A stretch of DNA of 38,640 nt from a virus. Its lineage: Duplodnaviria; Heunggongvirae; Uroviricota; Caudoviricetes. Where the stretch lies: the IMG/VR virus record IMGVR_UViG_2671180892_000010. The stretch is one strand, 5' to 3'. The notes below the pieces were generated by a model. It did not search any database and had not been told where the DNA came from. It worked only from the letters and a program-made list of their open reading frames with translations. A program made the translations under genes and the position numbers. Positions 1 to 12,200 of the stretch are shown in pieces (the stretch's first letter is position 1; the number at the start of each line of letters is the position of its first letter).

Positions 1-2733
1 CGCACCGGCACTATTTGCAGTCCCGCTAATACTATGGGTATGCGCCCCGGTGTTATTCGTGGATTTGGTTCCGTAATCAAACGACGATGTGTTTTTCGTC
101 CCCAAATCCGTACTGGATGCGCTGGCGCTGTGGGTGTGCGATTTAATGCCGTCCTGTTCCTGAGACAATACGGCACGACCACTGGCGGGTTTGCCCTTAA
201 TCGTCCAGCCACGCATATCAGGGATCACGCCTGACGGATAAGCGGCTGCAAGTTTCGGGTATGCAGATTTGTCAAAAGTCTGCCCCTGCATCAGGGCATA
301 GCCAGACGGAACGGTATCTGATGGCCACGGGATTGGTGCACCGACTGGATAAAACTCTGCAGGAGGATGAGCCGAGGTGTAAAGCTGCGCCCACGGCGAC
401 CAGTTTGCGTCGGTCGTATCCCGTCGTGAACGAATAAATGCCGGAGCATGAGCACCGCTTGTACCACTCCAGCCGATGAGTAACTCACCTTCGCCAACGG
501 CTGTCATCCCTTTCAGGTGAATGATATTTCCATACGCTGTTGGATATCCGTTGTTATACACCTCGTATAACTCAAGACCTGTTGCCCCCTGCGTATTGTC
601 TGTCAGCGCGGTTACCCGACCTTTTGAAGACAGATTAACTGATGATACTGCTGTTCCACCTGACGGTAACGCCCCGATCTCTGATGCCGTTGGCTTATTT
701 CTGGAGTTATAGTCCCTTCGCCAGCCAGGTGAATAATCTGTTCCGTGATTAATATAGGTAAACTGGGCGTTAGTTGTTCCACCACCAGTGGAGGTGGTCG
801 GTGTGGTAATGCGGATCGTCATCGCTGACTTTATCCCCATTACTTCAATGACAGCTCCGGCGAGATGAATATTACCGCAGTCAGTATCAGTAATGATTTT
901 ATTATTGCCATAAGACCAGGAACCCTTGCACATCCAGTAGGGATGGTTAAATGCTCCCTGAGAATCCAGCCACTCGATAAACTGTGCAGTCGTCCAGTTT
1001 CCTGTTATTGTGCTTACTGACCCACCAAAGGCACGGCAGGCACCAATATTTTTCGTAAAGGTGTCTTTGCCAGGGATATCCGCACCGTTCTGATCTTTCT
1101 GCAGACGTTTCTCAGCATTGTCATAGGCTGTTTTTACTGCCTTTGGTGTCGCGGCAAGCGTTTCAGACGTGCTGTTGGTCGCGCTGCTTAGCTGGATTAT
1201 CCCTTTCTGTGCTGTCGTTGCATCCTGTGCGGTGTATTTCCCGTTAGCCAGGTCATACGCGGCCTTAACGGCTTTTGGTGTTGCCGCCAGTGACTCGGAA
1301 GTGCTGTTAGTCGCACTACTGAGCTGTACTATCCCCTTTTTCGTCGTGCTCGCATCCTCAAGCGCCACAGCGGATGCAATATCCTCTGCCCGTTTTGCTG
1401 CTGTCTCGGCGCGCGTTGCTGCGGATTCTGCCGTACTCTTGCTCTGTGCTGCCGCCGTCGCACTGCCAGCAGCCTCTGTTGCCTTCGTGGATGCCGTCGT
1501 GGCGCTGCCCTTCGCTGCTGACGCTTGTCTGGTCGCCTCATCTTTTGAAGCAGACGCAGATGATGCCGATGACGCCGCCGAACTGGCGGACGATGCGGCA
1601 GCCGTTTTTGAGGATTCTGCGCTGGTTTCCGACGCTTTCGCGTTCGTTTCGGATGTCTTCGCTGCGGAAGCTGACCTCGCTGCTGCGCTGGCCTGTTCAG
1701 TGGCTTCGCCAGCCTTCGTTGTGGCTGTTGAAGCGGATGATGCGGCGCTTTCTGCCGATTTTCCGGCGGCGATGGCACTGGCTGAGGCCTGCCCGGCACT
1801 TGTTGACGCGGCACTGGCAGACGACGCAGCCGCTGTTTTTGAGCCTGCCGCAGCTGAGGCGCTCTGTCCCGCTGCCGTCTCAGAAGACCTGGCGTTCGTC
1901 TCGGACGTTTTTGCCGCCTTCGCGGAATTTGCTGCCGCCGTTGCCGAGGAAGCTGCGCTACTGGCGCTCGAGGATGCGTTCGTTTCTGATGATTTTGCCG
2001 CCTCTTTTGAAGCCGACGCATCCCGGGCTGAGGTGGCAGCTTCTGACGCTTTCGTGGTCGCGGTGGATGCAGAAGTGGCTGCTGATTGTTGTGACGCTGC
2101 AGCATTCGTTTCTGACGTTTTCGCGGCACTGGCACTGGTAGCTGCCGCGCTTTTTGAGGACTCTGCAGCGGCAGCACTTTTTTCCGCTTCAGTGGCCTTT
2201 GTTGATGCCGTTCCTGCGCTGGAAGATGCTGACTGAGCCGACGACGCGGCCTGTCCGGCTGACGTGCTGGCTGCGCGTGCTGAGCCTGCAGCATCAGTCG
2301 CATGGGTTGCCGCCTCACGGGCTGATGTGCCGGCATCGCTGGCTGACTTCTTCGCGGCTGCCGTGTTCTGTGCCACCGCGGACGCGTTACGCGCCACCTC
2401 TTCCACCATCAGTTCAAAACGGCGCAGTGCCTCAGGACGGGCATCATCCTCCGTCATGGCACCGAGAAAATCATTCAGCGTACCGGGTCGGGAATCTTCA
2501 TACACGGTGATGGTCCCGGCATGTGACGGCGGGAATCCCTCCACCAACAGAATAACGCTGTACTGCCCGTACTCAACGTCCATGCTGTAACGCCCGGCTT
2601 CATCCGGATTTTCTGAGGCCAGCGTGTTCACCACCACCGTGGTGCTGTTACGTTTTGCTTTCAGCTGGATTGTGCAGTTCTGTACCGGTTTTCCTGTGCC
2701 GTCTTTCAGTACACCTGAAATCTTTACTGCCAT
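1..2733 (-). CDS. stf: side tail fiber protein Stf, N-terminal ~911 codons; 3' end lies beyond the window start
   Basis: ATG at 2733; translation starts [27 protein letters not shown] and stays open to position 1 (...[20 protein letters not shown]), matching lambda Stf including its Ala/Ser-rich repeats. Absent from the ORF track because no stop falls inside the window. Confidence 0.85.
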   Translation of the reverse strand, partial: MAVKISGVLKDGTGKPVQNCTIQLKAKRNSTTVVVNTLASENPDEAGRYSMDVEYGQYSVILLVEGFPPSHAGTITVYEDSRPGTLNDFLGAMTEDDARPEALRRFELMVEEVARNASAVAQNTAAAKKSASDAGTSAREAATHATDAAGSARAASTSAGQAASSAQSASSSAGTASTKATEAEKSAAAAESSKSAAATSASAAKTSETNAAASQQSAATSASTATTKASEAATSARDASASKEAAKSSETNASSSASSAASSATAAANSAKAAKTSETNARSSETAAGQSASAAAGSKTAAASSASAASTSAGQASASAIAAGKSAESAASSASTATTKAGEATEQASAAARSASAAKTSETNAKASETSAESSKTAAASSASSAASSASSASASKDEATRQASAAKGSATTASTKATEAAGSATAAAQSKSTAESAATRAETAAKRAEDIASAVALEDASTTKKGIVQLSSATNSTSESLAATPKAVKAAYDLANGKYTAQDATTAQKGIIQLSSATNSTSETLAATPKAVKTAYDNAEKRLQKDQNGADIPGKDTFTKNIGACRAFGGSVSTITGNWTTAQFIEWLDSQGAFNHPYWMCKGSWSYGNNKIITDTDCGNIHLAGAVIEVMGIKSAMTIRITTPTTSTGGGTTNAQFTYINHGTDYSPGWRRDYNSRNKPTASEIGALPSGGTAVSSVNLSSKGRVTALTDNTQGATGLELYEVYNNGYPTAYGNIIHLKGMTAVGEGELLIGWSGTSGAHAPAFIRSRRDTTDANWSPWAQLYTSAHPPAEFYPVGAPIPWPSDTVPSGYALMQGQTFDKSAYPKLAAAYPSGVIPDMRGWTIKGKPASGRAVLSQEQDGIKSHTHSASASSTDLGTKNTSSFDYGTKSTNNTGAHTHSISGTANSAGA

Positions 2734-2797
2734 ATTCACCCCACAAAAAAGCCCGCCTGAACCGGCGGGCTGTCATAACACTGTGTTACCTGGCTAA

Positions 2798-3397
2798 TCA
2801 GAACTTATAACCGACACCCACGATGAAACCGTCAGTGCGCCAGTCGCCACTGCCGGAGCCTTCATAAGCAATATCAATGGCCACGGATTCGGTCGGGTTA
2901 AACTGCACGCCAGCTCCCCACGCCAGAGACGTGTTGCTGTGGCGACCGTCATCACTTCCGGTCAGCACGTCGTGCGTTTTCCCCTTGTTGTCAGTTACGC
3001 GGAGATAATCCCCGGAGAAAGTCGACACACGGCTGTAAGCCACACCCGCCATCGCATACGCGCTGAACCATTCATTCACGCGCACAGACGGCCCCACCAT
3101 CACGCTGAACCAGCGGTTACGCACGGAATCTTCATGCCAGCGGGTATCGCTGTAACGGGTAAGCTGGCGATTCTTGTCTCCTGCATAGCTGAATGACGTC
3201 ACCAGCCCCAGTGTGTCCGTAAACTCATAACGGTATTTCACGTTAATCCCGTTAAGATCATCGCTGCCGGGAACGTTCGTCGAGGCATGAAGATACCCCG
3301 CGCTCAGCGTGGACTGATGTTCAGACGCCCATGCAGGCGCACCGGATACGGCCAGACAAATGGCTGCGGACAAAATTGCTGCACAAACTTTACGCAT
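2798..3397 (-). CDS. lom: Lom-like outer membrane protein (Ail/Lom family)
   Basis: 199 aa with signal peptide [24 protein letters not shown] and C-terminal ...VGVGYKF beta-barrel end; sits between J and stf as in lambda. Confidence 0.9.
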
Positions 3398-3421
3398 AAT
3401 TACCTCTCGCTTTTCTGCAAT

Positions 3422-3445
3422 AAAAAAGGCGTCATTCCTGACGCC
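3422..3445 (-). terminator. intrinsic terminator between J and lom
   Basis: Hairpin GGCGTCA-TTCC-TGACGCC with an A-run on the plus strand, giving a U-run on the minus-strand transcript, 20 nt after the J stop. Confidence 0.6.
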
Positions 3446-3467
3446 CTTTATTGGGGTTATAAATATT

Positions 3468-6400
3468 TCAACGAATACTGATGCCGGAAGCGGCTTTTTT
3501 GGTCACAATCACCGTACAGTCGGTGATATTGCCTGCCCCCTGATTGCCTTTCTGGAAAATCTTAAACTCCAGAGTGACGCTACCACCACCACTAGGCATA
3601 TCAATAACTGCACTGTAACTACCGGGAATGGCCCCTTTAGTTTCTCTGGATGCGATTAATACGCCGTTTTTGCGAACTTCAAAACCATAACCCGTGTATC
3701 GCGTGCCTCCTGGGTTATTTCCGCTCCCCGGATCGTCATACGCTATACCGTTAAAAATAATGGGCGGAATAATAATCTGGCGGTCAAAGTTATGATCATC
3801 GCTGATGGTGACTGTAACCGTACCGTTTGGTGTTTCCGTGTTACCCCACGTACCGACTTTTTTCGGGAAGGCTTTTGATACAGCTTTAACGAAATCCCCT
3901 CTGACCTGGGTCGCCTCCAGCATGCCCTTAATCGTACAGTTCTGGTTAATCGTGACATTGTTGAGCGTTCCTGAGTTCGCATTCACACTACCACTGATAT
4001 CCGCATTTTTAGCGGTCAGCTTTCCGTCTGATGTCAGGGAAAATACCGGAGGACTGCCACCGCTGGTAATGGTGGGGGCTGTCAGGCGCTTCAGGAACAC
4101 GTCGTTCATGAATATCTGGTTGCCCTGCGCCACAAACATCGGCGTTTCATTCCCGTTTGCCTGGTCAATAAACGCGATACGGTTAGCGGCAACCAGAAAC
4201 TGGCTCAGCTTGCCTTCCTCCGTGTCCTCCATGCTGAGGCCAATACCCGCGACATAATGTTTGCCGTCTTTGGTCTGCTCAATTTTGACGCCCCACATGG
4301 CATTCCATTTATCGTTAGCGTCCTTCCACTCTTTCGAAAACTCATCCAGTCTGCTGGCGTTATCCTCCGTCAGATCAACTTTTTCCAGCAGCTCTTTACC
4401 GAGATGGGATTCGGTTATCTGGCCTTTGAAAAAATCCAGGTAACCTTCCGCATCATCGCTCGCCCGACCGACGGCTTCCACGAATGCCGATTTGCCAACG
4501 GTGTTCACACTGCGAACGTAAAAATAATAATCATGGCCCGGTTTGATATTGATACTGGCGGCTATCCAGTACAGCGCCGTGCCAAGATAGCGGGCTGTGG
4601 TTTCAACCTGCCTGATATCCGTAATCCGCGTTTCCGAGAACCAGAACTCAAACTGTACCGTCGGATCATAAACCGCAAGATGCGGCGTGGCAGTTATCTG
4701 AAAATAGCCCGGCGTCAGCTCAATCCGCGACGGCGCTGCCGGGGCGGCAATCCGGAACGATACCGACGCCGGATCGCCCTGCTGTCCCCACACATTTACC
4801 GCCCGGACCGTCAGCGTGTAACGCCCCAGCGCCAGTTGCCTGAAGCGGTATGTGGTTTCCGTCGTCCGGGCCGTGCTGACCAGCCGCTCACTGCCGTCGT
4901 CCGCTGTTACGGTCAGACGGAGCAGGAAGCTCACCCCCTTCACCACCTTCGGCGTGTCCCAGCGCGCCAGCACCTGATATTCCCCGCTGTCTGCGGTGAC
5001 TTCGGCAGTCAGGTGCTGCACCGCTGGCGGTGTGACACCATTCACCGTGCCGCTCTGGTCGCCGTCAAAGTGCGCCCCGTTATCCACGATGGCCTCTTTT
5101 TCCGGTACATGCTGCACGGCGGTGATGGCATACGTGCCGTCATCGTTCTCACGAATACTCACGCAGCGGAACAGGCGCTGGCGCAGCGTCGGCAGCTTCA
5201 GCCCCCATACGCTGTATCCGGCAACGCCGTCAGGAACACGGCTCACTTTCACCTTCACGCCGTCGGTGACGGACTGGACCTCCACGCTGACCGGACTCCC
5301 CTGCCCGTCAACCAGGCTTATCAGCGTGGTACCGGAAGATGGCAGCGTGATTTCACGGTCGAGCGTCAGCGTCCGGGTCTGGCTGTTCACCGCCAGCACG
5401 CGCCCGCCGGTGCTGATACCGGCATAGTCATCATCGCAGATTTCAATGACATCGCCCGGTACATGGCGAAGCCCTTCAGCACCCACGCTGAAGTCCACGG
5501 TCTGCGTTTCCAGCAGCTCCGTTTTAATCAGCCACAGCCCGGCTCGGTGTGCCTGCCCCCGGCTGGTACAGCCAAAGGCATCCATCTTCGTGACGTTACG
5601 ACCGTAACGGGCAATGGCCTGCGAGTCCTCCACAAGCTCTGTTGCCGTCTCCCAGCCGTTATCCGGGTCAATCCAGTTCACCTCAACGGCATTATGGCGG
5701 TCTTTCAGGGCGCTGAAGCTGTAGCGGAACGGCGCGCCATCATCCGGCATCACCACATTACTGCGGTTATAGGTCCACACCTTATCCGACGGTCGGTCCT
5801 GCACGAACGTCAGCGTCTGCCCGTTCCATACCGGCATACAGCGCATCGCCGAGCAGAAATCACTGAGCACATCNNNNNNNNNNNNNNNNNNNNNNNNNNN
5901 NCTGGCCGATGACATACAGCGCCCATTTGTCCACATCCGCCGCACCAAGACGTTTCCCCATGCCGTAGCGTGGATGGGTCAGCATATCCCACAGACACCA
6001 GGCCATGTTGTTGCTGTATGCCGGTTTAAACGTTCCGTCCCAGATACCGCTGTATTGCCGCGTCTGCGGGTTATAATTCGACGGCACCTGCAGAATACGC
6101 CCGCGAAGATGATAATTACGGCTCACCTGCTGGCTGCCGAACTGTTCCGAGTCCACCTGCACGCCGACCAGTGCCGTGTTCGGGTAGCACTGTTTCACAT
6201 CGATGATTTCGGTGTATGACGACCAGAGCGTTTTGTTCTGCAGCTGGTCTGTGGTGCTGTCCGGTGTCATCCTGCGCATCCGGATATTGAACGGTCGCGG
6301 CGGCAGGTTATCCACCACCACCGAGGCCAGATACTGCGACGTGGTTTTGCCCTTAATGGTGATGTCTTTTTCTGTCACCCAGCCACCGTTACGTTGTATC

Positions 6401-6819
6401 TGAACCAGCAGGCGGACTTCCGACGGATTCCGGTCACCCTTTGAGGTGGTTTCCACCAGTGCCTGCACACCGAAGGTAAAGCGCAGACGGTCGATGTTTG
6501 CAGACGTGATGGTCCGGGTGATCGGCGTGTCGTATTTCACTTCCGTACCCAGCACCGTCTCGGAACCGGAGGATTCAAATCCCTCCGGCGGTGTCTGCTC
6601 CTGCTCACCTGCCCGGAACACCACCGTGACACCGGAGATGTTGGTATTCCCCTCACTGTCCAGCACCGGTGTACTGTTCAGCAGCACGCTTTTTAATCCA
6701 TCCACCGGACCTTCAATCGGCCCTTCGCTGATGGCATCGATCACACTCAGTAACTGCGTGGATTTCAGGTTATCCTTCGCTTCGCGCGGGGTATGCCCCT
6801 TACTGCTGCCTTTACCCAT
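3468..6819 (-). CDS. J: host specificity protein J (central tail fiber), interrupted by an assembly gap
   Basis: N-terminal ORF ([33 protein letters not shown]...) and C-terminal ORF are both near-identical to lambda J; the two pieces are in different coordinate frames because of the N-run at 5874..5901. Confidence 0.9.
5874..5901. other. assembly gap (28 N) inside J
   Basis: Run of n characters; true length unknown. Confidence 0.99.
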
Positions 6820-6878
6820 TCGTCATGCTCCATAAACGACAAAACCGCCCGGAGGCGGTTTCACATAAACGTTTTTCA

Positions 6879-7526
6879 TCAGCGACCAATCACCACAACC
6901 TGACCACCATCCCCTTCGTCTGCCGTGCTGATCTCCTGAGAGACCACCCGCGACCCCACGCGCATTTCACCGTACAGAACGGGCAGAACATTGCCCTGGG
7001 CAACCATGTTATCCAGTGAGGAGAAATAGGTGTTCTGTTTGCCGTTATCTGTACTTGCTGCCGTGGGCGTCCTGGCTTTCGGTGCCAGCATCTGCGCCAC
7101 TCCGCCCAGGATCATACTGGCCCCTGCCGCATACATGCCCGATACAGCCGCGGCACCCAGCCAGCCCACAGGGTTCCACCATGCCACCGCAATCAGCGCC
7201 GCCCCCAGCACCACCTGAAACACACCGCCACTTTTAGCTCCCGCCAGACGCGGCACGATGTGGATCACGGCACCATTTGCCAGCGGCTCATTAAGACGGG
7301 CAGACAATTCGGTTTCACCTGCATCACGCCCGGCAATGCGTACCTGGTACCAGCCGTCGCTCAGTTTCTGACGAAACGCCGGGATCTGCATGGCCAGCGC
7401 CCGGATGGCTTCGGACCCCGTTTTCACTCGAAGGTCGATGCGGCGGCCAAATCGTTGTAAATCCCCGTAAAGGCAGATGCGTGCCATGCCCGGTGACGCC
7501 AGAGGGAGTGTGTGCGTCGCTGCCAT
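6879..7526 (-). CDS. I: tail assembly protein I
   Basis: 215 aa, MAATHTLPLASPGMARICLYGDLQRFGRR... ...GGQVVVIGR, lambda I-like. Confidence 0.9.
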   Translation of the reverse strand: MAATHTLPLASPGMARICLYGDLQRFGRRIDLRVKTGSEAIRALAMQIPAFRQKLSDGWYQVRIAGRDAGETELSARLNEPLANGAVIHIVPRLAGAKSGGVFQVVLGAALIAVAWWNPVGWLGAAAVSGMYAAGASMILGGVAQMLAPKARTPTAASTDNGKQNTYFSSLDNMVAQGNVLPVLYGEMRVGSRVVSQEISTADEGDGGQVVVIGR

Positions 7527-8176
7527 TTGTCGGTGTACCTCTCTCGTTTGCTCAGTTGTTCAGGAATATGGTGCAGCAGCTCGCCGTCACCACAGTAAAT
7601 GGCGGCATGATTCGGCACCGATGAACCAAAACAGCACAGCAGCACATCGCCCGGCTGCGCCGCTGACAACGGCACCTGATACAGCCCTGTGGCCTCCAGA
7701 TTATCCAGATAGAGATTCTGACCGTTACGCCACCAGTCATCCTCGCGATGAAAATCCGGCATCTCAATCCCCGCCAGATGGTAAGCATCCCGGAACAGCG
7801 TGTAACAGTCCGTCACCCCGTGCTCAAAGCGCCGCCCGGAAAGATGTGGCACACAGCGGAACTTGTGAATCGCCCCCCGGCAAACCAGCCACCACGGCAA
7901 ATCACTCTGCACCTGCAGCCGCCGGTCGGTCTCACTCAGCCAGGGCAGACCACCGGGGTGGCTGTGGACCAGCGCCACAATCTCACCCTGCATCTCTGCC
8001 CGCAGCCAGTCCTCCGGCGACATCCGGAAATACTCCTCCGGCTCACCGGAGATATTCACGCAGGGAAAATATCTTTCCCCCTCCGGTGTTCTCACCACGA
8101 AGCCGCACGACTCCGCTGGCGCACATCGCCGGGCGTGCGCCAGAATCGCTGATTCTGTCTCTGTCATGGGATTCAC
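7424..8176 (-). CDS. K: tail assembly protein K (NlpC/P60 and JAB/MPN-like)
   Basis: MNPMTETESAILAHARRCAPAESCGFVV...; start overlaps the L stop (ATGA); 3' end overlaps the start of I as in lambda. Confidence 0.85.
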   Translation of the reverse strand: MNPMTETESAILAHARRCAPAESCGFVVRTPEGERYFPCVNISGEPEEYFRMSPEDWLRAEMQGEIVALVHSHPGGLPWLSETDRRLQVQSDLPWWLVCRGAIHKFRCVPHLSGRRFEHGVTDCYTLFRDAYHLAGIEMPDFHREDDWWRNGQNLYLDNLEATGLYQVPLSAAQPGDVLLCCFGSSVPNHAAIYCGDGELLHHIPEQLSKRERYTDKWQRRTHSLWRHRAWHASAFTGIYNDLAAASTFE

Positions 8177-8871
8177 TGCGAAAGTTTGTTAATGGAAAGG
8201 AAGCCGCCAAAGTTGCCGACGTTATTGCGAAACTTACAGCCGCTCAGGCATTTGCTGCATTTATCCTTCGTGATATCGGAGGTCGGCTGGTCATATTCAT
8301 CCGCGACCGCCGGACCGTGATAACCGCACTCATCACCGCGATAGGTCCAGGTGCAGGTATTAGCCAGCATGATGCGCCCCGGAAAAACAGCGCCGTCCGT
8401 TTCCGTCGGCGTGGACAGTACAAAAGAGGCACTCACCGCGCTCAGTTCGCTGCACTGCTCGATGCGCCAGCGGCTGATCACCTCCTGCTCCGGATCGGCG
8501 TCACTGTTTCCGTTGACGAAGTTCACCGCATCCAGAAAACGGGCGTAAACCTTACGCCGGACCACCGTTCCTCCGACCAGACTCTGCAGGTCTTCCGCCA
8601 TCCCGGTGACCATGCCGTGCAGGTTAGAAACCGTCAGTGTCGGACGGGCAGCACTGCCTTTGCCGTTCAGTTCAAATCCCGTCCCCTGAATGGGATACGC
8701 CTGATACTGTCGCCTCTGCCAGGTGACCGGCTCACCTTTATCGTTCTGCTCATTACAGAAAAAATAACGTTCTCCACCGACCACTGTCAGATCGATTTCC
8801 CAGAGCACCACCTGGGCTGACTGATTGAGGCGTGTCGTCTCATGATGTGTTTCCTGTGGAATATCCTGCAT
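8173..8871 (-). CDS. L: minor tail protein L
   Basis: 232 aa, the same length as lambda L; MQDIPQETHHETTRLNQSAQVVLWEIDL... Confidence 0.9.
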   Translation of the reverse strand: MQDIPQETHHETTRLNQSAQVVLWEIDLTVVGGERYFFCNEQNDKGEPVTWQRRQYQAYPIQGTGFELNGKGSAARPTLTVSNLHGMVTGMAEDLQSLVGGTVVRRKVYARFLDAVNFVNGNSDADPEQEVISRWRIEQCSELSAVSASFVLSTPTETDGAVFPGRIMLANTCTWTYRGDECGYHGPAVADEYDQPTSDITKDKCSKCLSGCKFRNNVGNFGGFLSINKLSQ

Positions 8872-8880
8872 CAGAGACTC

Positions 8881-9210
8881 CTATGCCACGACCTGTTCAA
8901 AATCTGCCGTTATGGTTACCCACAACGCCCCCACGCTTGCCGACCATTTACGACAAACCACCCTGATCGGCTTCCAGTCATAAGGTGGCGTCCACTGAAA
9001 TGCGCGGACGCCACCGTGCCGTTCCAGAAAGGCTTTTAAAGATGGGTGTTCACATTTACGAACACGTATCGTCACGCTGTAAATCGACAACTGGTTATTC
9101 AGTCCCGCCGCACGACGCTGTTCATAACCATCGCCCAGCTTCACTGTCACCACTTTCGGCTCTGATACCACATTCATATCCGGGCGCACTTTCCAGTGAA
9201 ACGTCTCCAT
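8881..9210 (-). CDS. M: minor tail protein M
   Basis: 109 aa, METFHWKVRPDMNVVSEPKVVTVKLGDGYEQ..., lambda M-like. Confidence 0.9.
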   Translation of the reverse strand: METFHWKVRPDMNVVSEPKVVTVKLGDGYEQRRAAGLNNQLSIYSVTIRVRKCEHPSLKAFLERHGGVRAFQWTPPYDWKPIRVVCRKWSASVGALWVTITADFEQVVA

Positions 9211-12200
9211 TACCGATATGCTCCACTTAACCGACCACCATCACGGGCCTGCTGTTGCATAAAGTCCGCTGCCGCTTTTTTCCCAAGGTCATAAACCACC
9301 TTCAGGGCAGCCGGACCTATCTGCCCGTTCGTGCCATCGTTATTGATCTCGATGTTGTACTGCGGGGCAAACATCGCCATACCTGAACCACCAATATCCG
9401 CCACAACCCCCAGCTTACCGTCAGCACCACGACGCAGTGGCAGAATGGCTTCAGGTCCAGCTTCCCCCATCACACCCGCGCCTTTTGCAAAAGCAAAAAA
9501 CGTCGGACGGTTAACCACCGTGCCACTGTAACGACTCAAATCAGCAGACTGATAAATCCCCCCATTGGCATTCAGGGAAAGGCTGCTGAGATCAAATCCC
9601 AGTACACTGCCAATCCCTTTTATCGATTTCATCATGGTTGCCTGCGCCAGGATTTTCGCCATATCTGACAGCACCGAAGAGGTGAAGGATTTGAAGTTGA
9701 GTTTGCCGGTAGTGACAAAAGTTGCCAGGCCATTTCCCATGTTGCTGAAGGCTGATGAGAACACCTGTTCTGCTGTTCCTGCCGTATTGTCTGCATCCAC
9801 GGTAAAATCCTGAAATGCACGCAGGACTCCGTTTTTCCAGTTACCCTGCACAACTTCAAGCTGTTGCCAGTAACGGCGATTCTCATTCAGTTGTCGGTTC
9901 AGGCTCTCCGTCAGCGCCTGCTCGGCCTTTCTGTAGTCATCCGTGTTATATGTCCCTTTCTGCTCACTATCCCGCCTCAACTGCTCCAGCTGTTGCTGGT
10001 ATTTCTGGCGAAGACTCAGTTGTACCTGATATCGCTGCCGCTGCTGATCACCCATACCCACCGTGGCGATATCCAGGTCATGTTGCTGACGCTGAGCGCG
10101 CTCTTCTTCAGCCAGTTGACTGGTCAGCTGAATTGTTTTTTTCTTCAGATCGTTGAGTGCCGTTTGTTTCTGAAGCTCCTGCTGTTTTACATCCAGCAGC
10201 GTCAGTGCCTGAATCAGTTCATCTTTACGGGCCAGCACACTCTTTTCATCTGCCGTCAGTTTTTTCCCGTCCAGATCGCTGATGCGCTGCTGCAGAGCCA
10301 GAAGCTGTTTATGCGCTTCTGTCATCTTTTCAGTGGCAATGCCTGCTGACTGTCTTGCAGCAGCAATCTGTCCTTCCACCTGTGCCTGTTGCTGACTGTA
10401 CTGCAGCAATAACCGGGTGGCCTCATCATTACGGGTTTCGCGTGTTTTTTTCTTACCGGATGCCAGGGCTTTCTCGTAACGTTCATTTTCACGTTGTATC
10501 GCCGCATCCCTGACAGCCTGGTCGGCGTACTGCATGGCATTAATACGCGCAATTTCACGCTGATGTCGTGCTGCTTCCGTTTCATTCATCCGGTTCAGTG
10601 CAGCATTTTCAGCATTACGTCGTTTCTGTTGCTCCTGATAATTCCGCTCTGCCTGCTCTTTTGCATCCTGCAAATCCTTCTGGCGTTTTTTCTCCTGAAG
10701 ATCGTTAAGACGCTGCTGATCGTATTCAACCTGAGAAGATGATGCCGTCCAGGGGAGTCTTTTCGCCCGCGACACTTTCTCCTGTAAAGCGGTAATCTGT
10801 TCATCCAGCGAGTCTTCACGACCAATATTCATGGCCGCATCCCAGAAACGACTCCACAAATCAGACAGATACTTCAGCGTACTGCCAAGCGCATTGAGGT
10901 TATTATCAATATCCGCAGTACGCCGACCGGTTTCCTCTGCCAGTGCAGACATGGCTATCCGTGCAGCATCACTGGACCGTCCCTGATCCCCAAGGACACG
11001 TATCTGCTCAAGCTGAGTGGCAGTAAGAAAATGCAGCTCATTGTCCAGAGCCTTCGCGGCATTTACAGGATCATCCTTCAGCCGCTTAAACTGATTTATG
11101 GTATCGCTGACCGACTGGCCAACCGATCGCTCCATCTGTGCGGCAGCTCTCGCCACCATACCGATATCGTTTCCACGAAATGCACCACTCCCCACCACCT
11201 GCGCCAACGCACCGGCTGCAGCATGTTGCGTGATACCATTCCCGGAAATAGCACGACTGAGCGTCCACAGCTGCCCGGCAGTGACTCCGGCATAATGCCC
11301 CGTCAGCGACAACTGGCGGTTAAATTCTTCCCCCTCCTTCTGACCGTCATACCAGGCTTTACCCAGACCATAGACGGCCGCGGCAATACCGCCAATAACC
11401 CCGCCAAGCATCATGCCTTTCGGTGACATCAGTGTGTCTATCCATCCGGCACGGTTAGCCAGCGTTATCCCGGATCCCCTCAGCGCCCCTAAATTGCCGC
11501 GGGCCAGTTCACCTATCAGAACGCCTATCTCCTGGCGGGCTGCTGCACTTTTCAGACCCAGCGAATGCGTGGCTTTTCCTGCCTGCTCCATTTTGCGGAT
11601 ATACACTTCTGCAGCACTGCTTACCCCCAGCTGGGCTGCCTTGGCACGAAGCAACTCAGAAGATGAAAGATTCTGGCGGGTTGCCTGCTCTTTAAGCTGA
11701 CGGATAAACGCCACTTTCTGTCGGGTAGCCTCTTCCTCAGCCTGTGTAAGAACACGGGTTTTCGCAGTAACCTCAGAAATCAGCGCCAGATAATCCTGCT
11801 GACCAATCCCGCCACTGTTTCTGGCCTGTCGGATCTGCTGCTGAATACGCTGTAATTCCTGCAGCCCCGCACTGGCCTGTTTCACACTGTCAATCTGACG
11901 ATAAAACGCAGCAGCCGCTTTATCCTGAGCCTCCGCCAGAGCCATGGCCTGCGCCTGTTCCTCGCGCATTTTCTGGCTCAGCGCCTCCATGCGCTGGCGG
12001 GTTTTCTCCACCTCGCGGGCCATGCGTTCATGAGCCTGTGCGTTCTTCTCCACCGTCTGCGCATGGACGGATGCGGCTGTTGCAGCCGAAGAAGCCGCCT
12101 GCGTTGTCTGCCGGGCGGCCTGAGTCTGACGCTCCATAAAACGCTGCATACGGGCAGAAGACCGTTCTGCATCGCTGGCTGCACCATTCAGAAGGTTTTT

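Noticed and set aside
1169-2336. Long Ala-rich plus-strand ORFs (1169..2236, 1374..2141) and an Arg/Gln-rich minus-strand ORF (1329..2336)
   Set aside because: They lie inside the stf coding region in antisense or alternate frames; the low-complexity Ala/Ser repeat DNA of stf keeps other frames open. The stf frame matches lambda Stf.
4257-5912. 551-aa plus-strand ORF
   Set aside because: Antisense to the J gene; Arg-rich composition typical of a wrong-frame ORF in GC-rich coding DNA.
7477-8820. 447-aa plus-strand ORF
   Set aside because: Antisense to K and L, which have clear lambda homology; Pro/Arg/Ser-rich composition.
9815-11700. Several 60-160 aa plus-strand ORFs
   Set aside because: All are antisense to the tape measure gene H.
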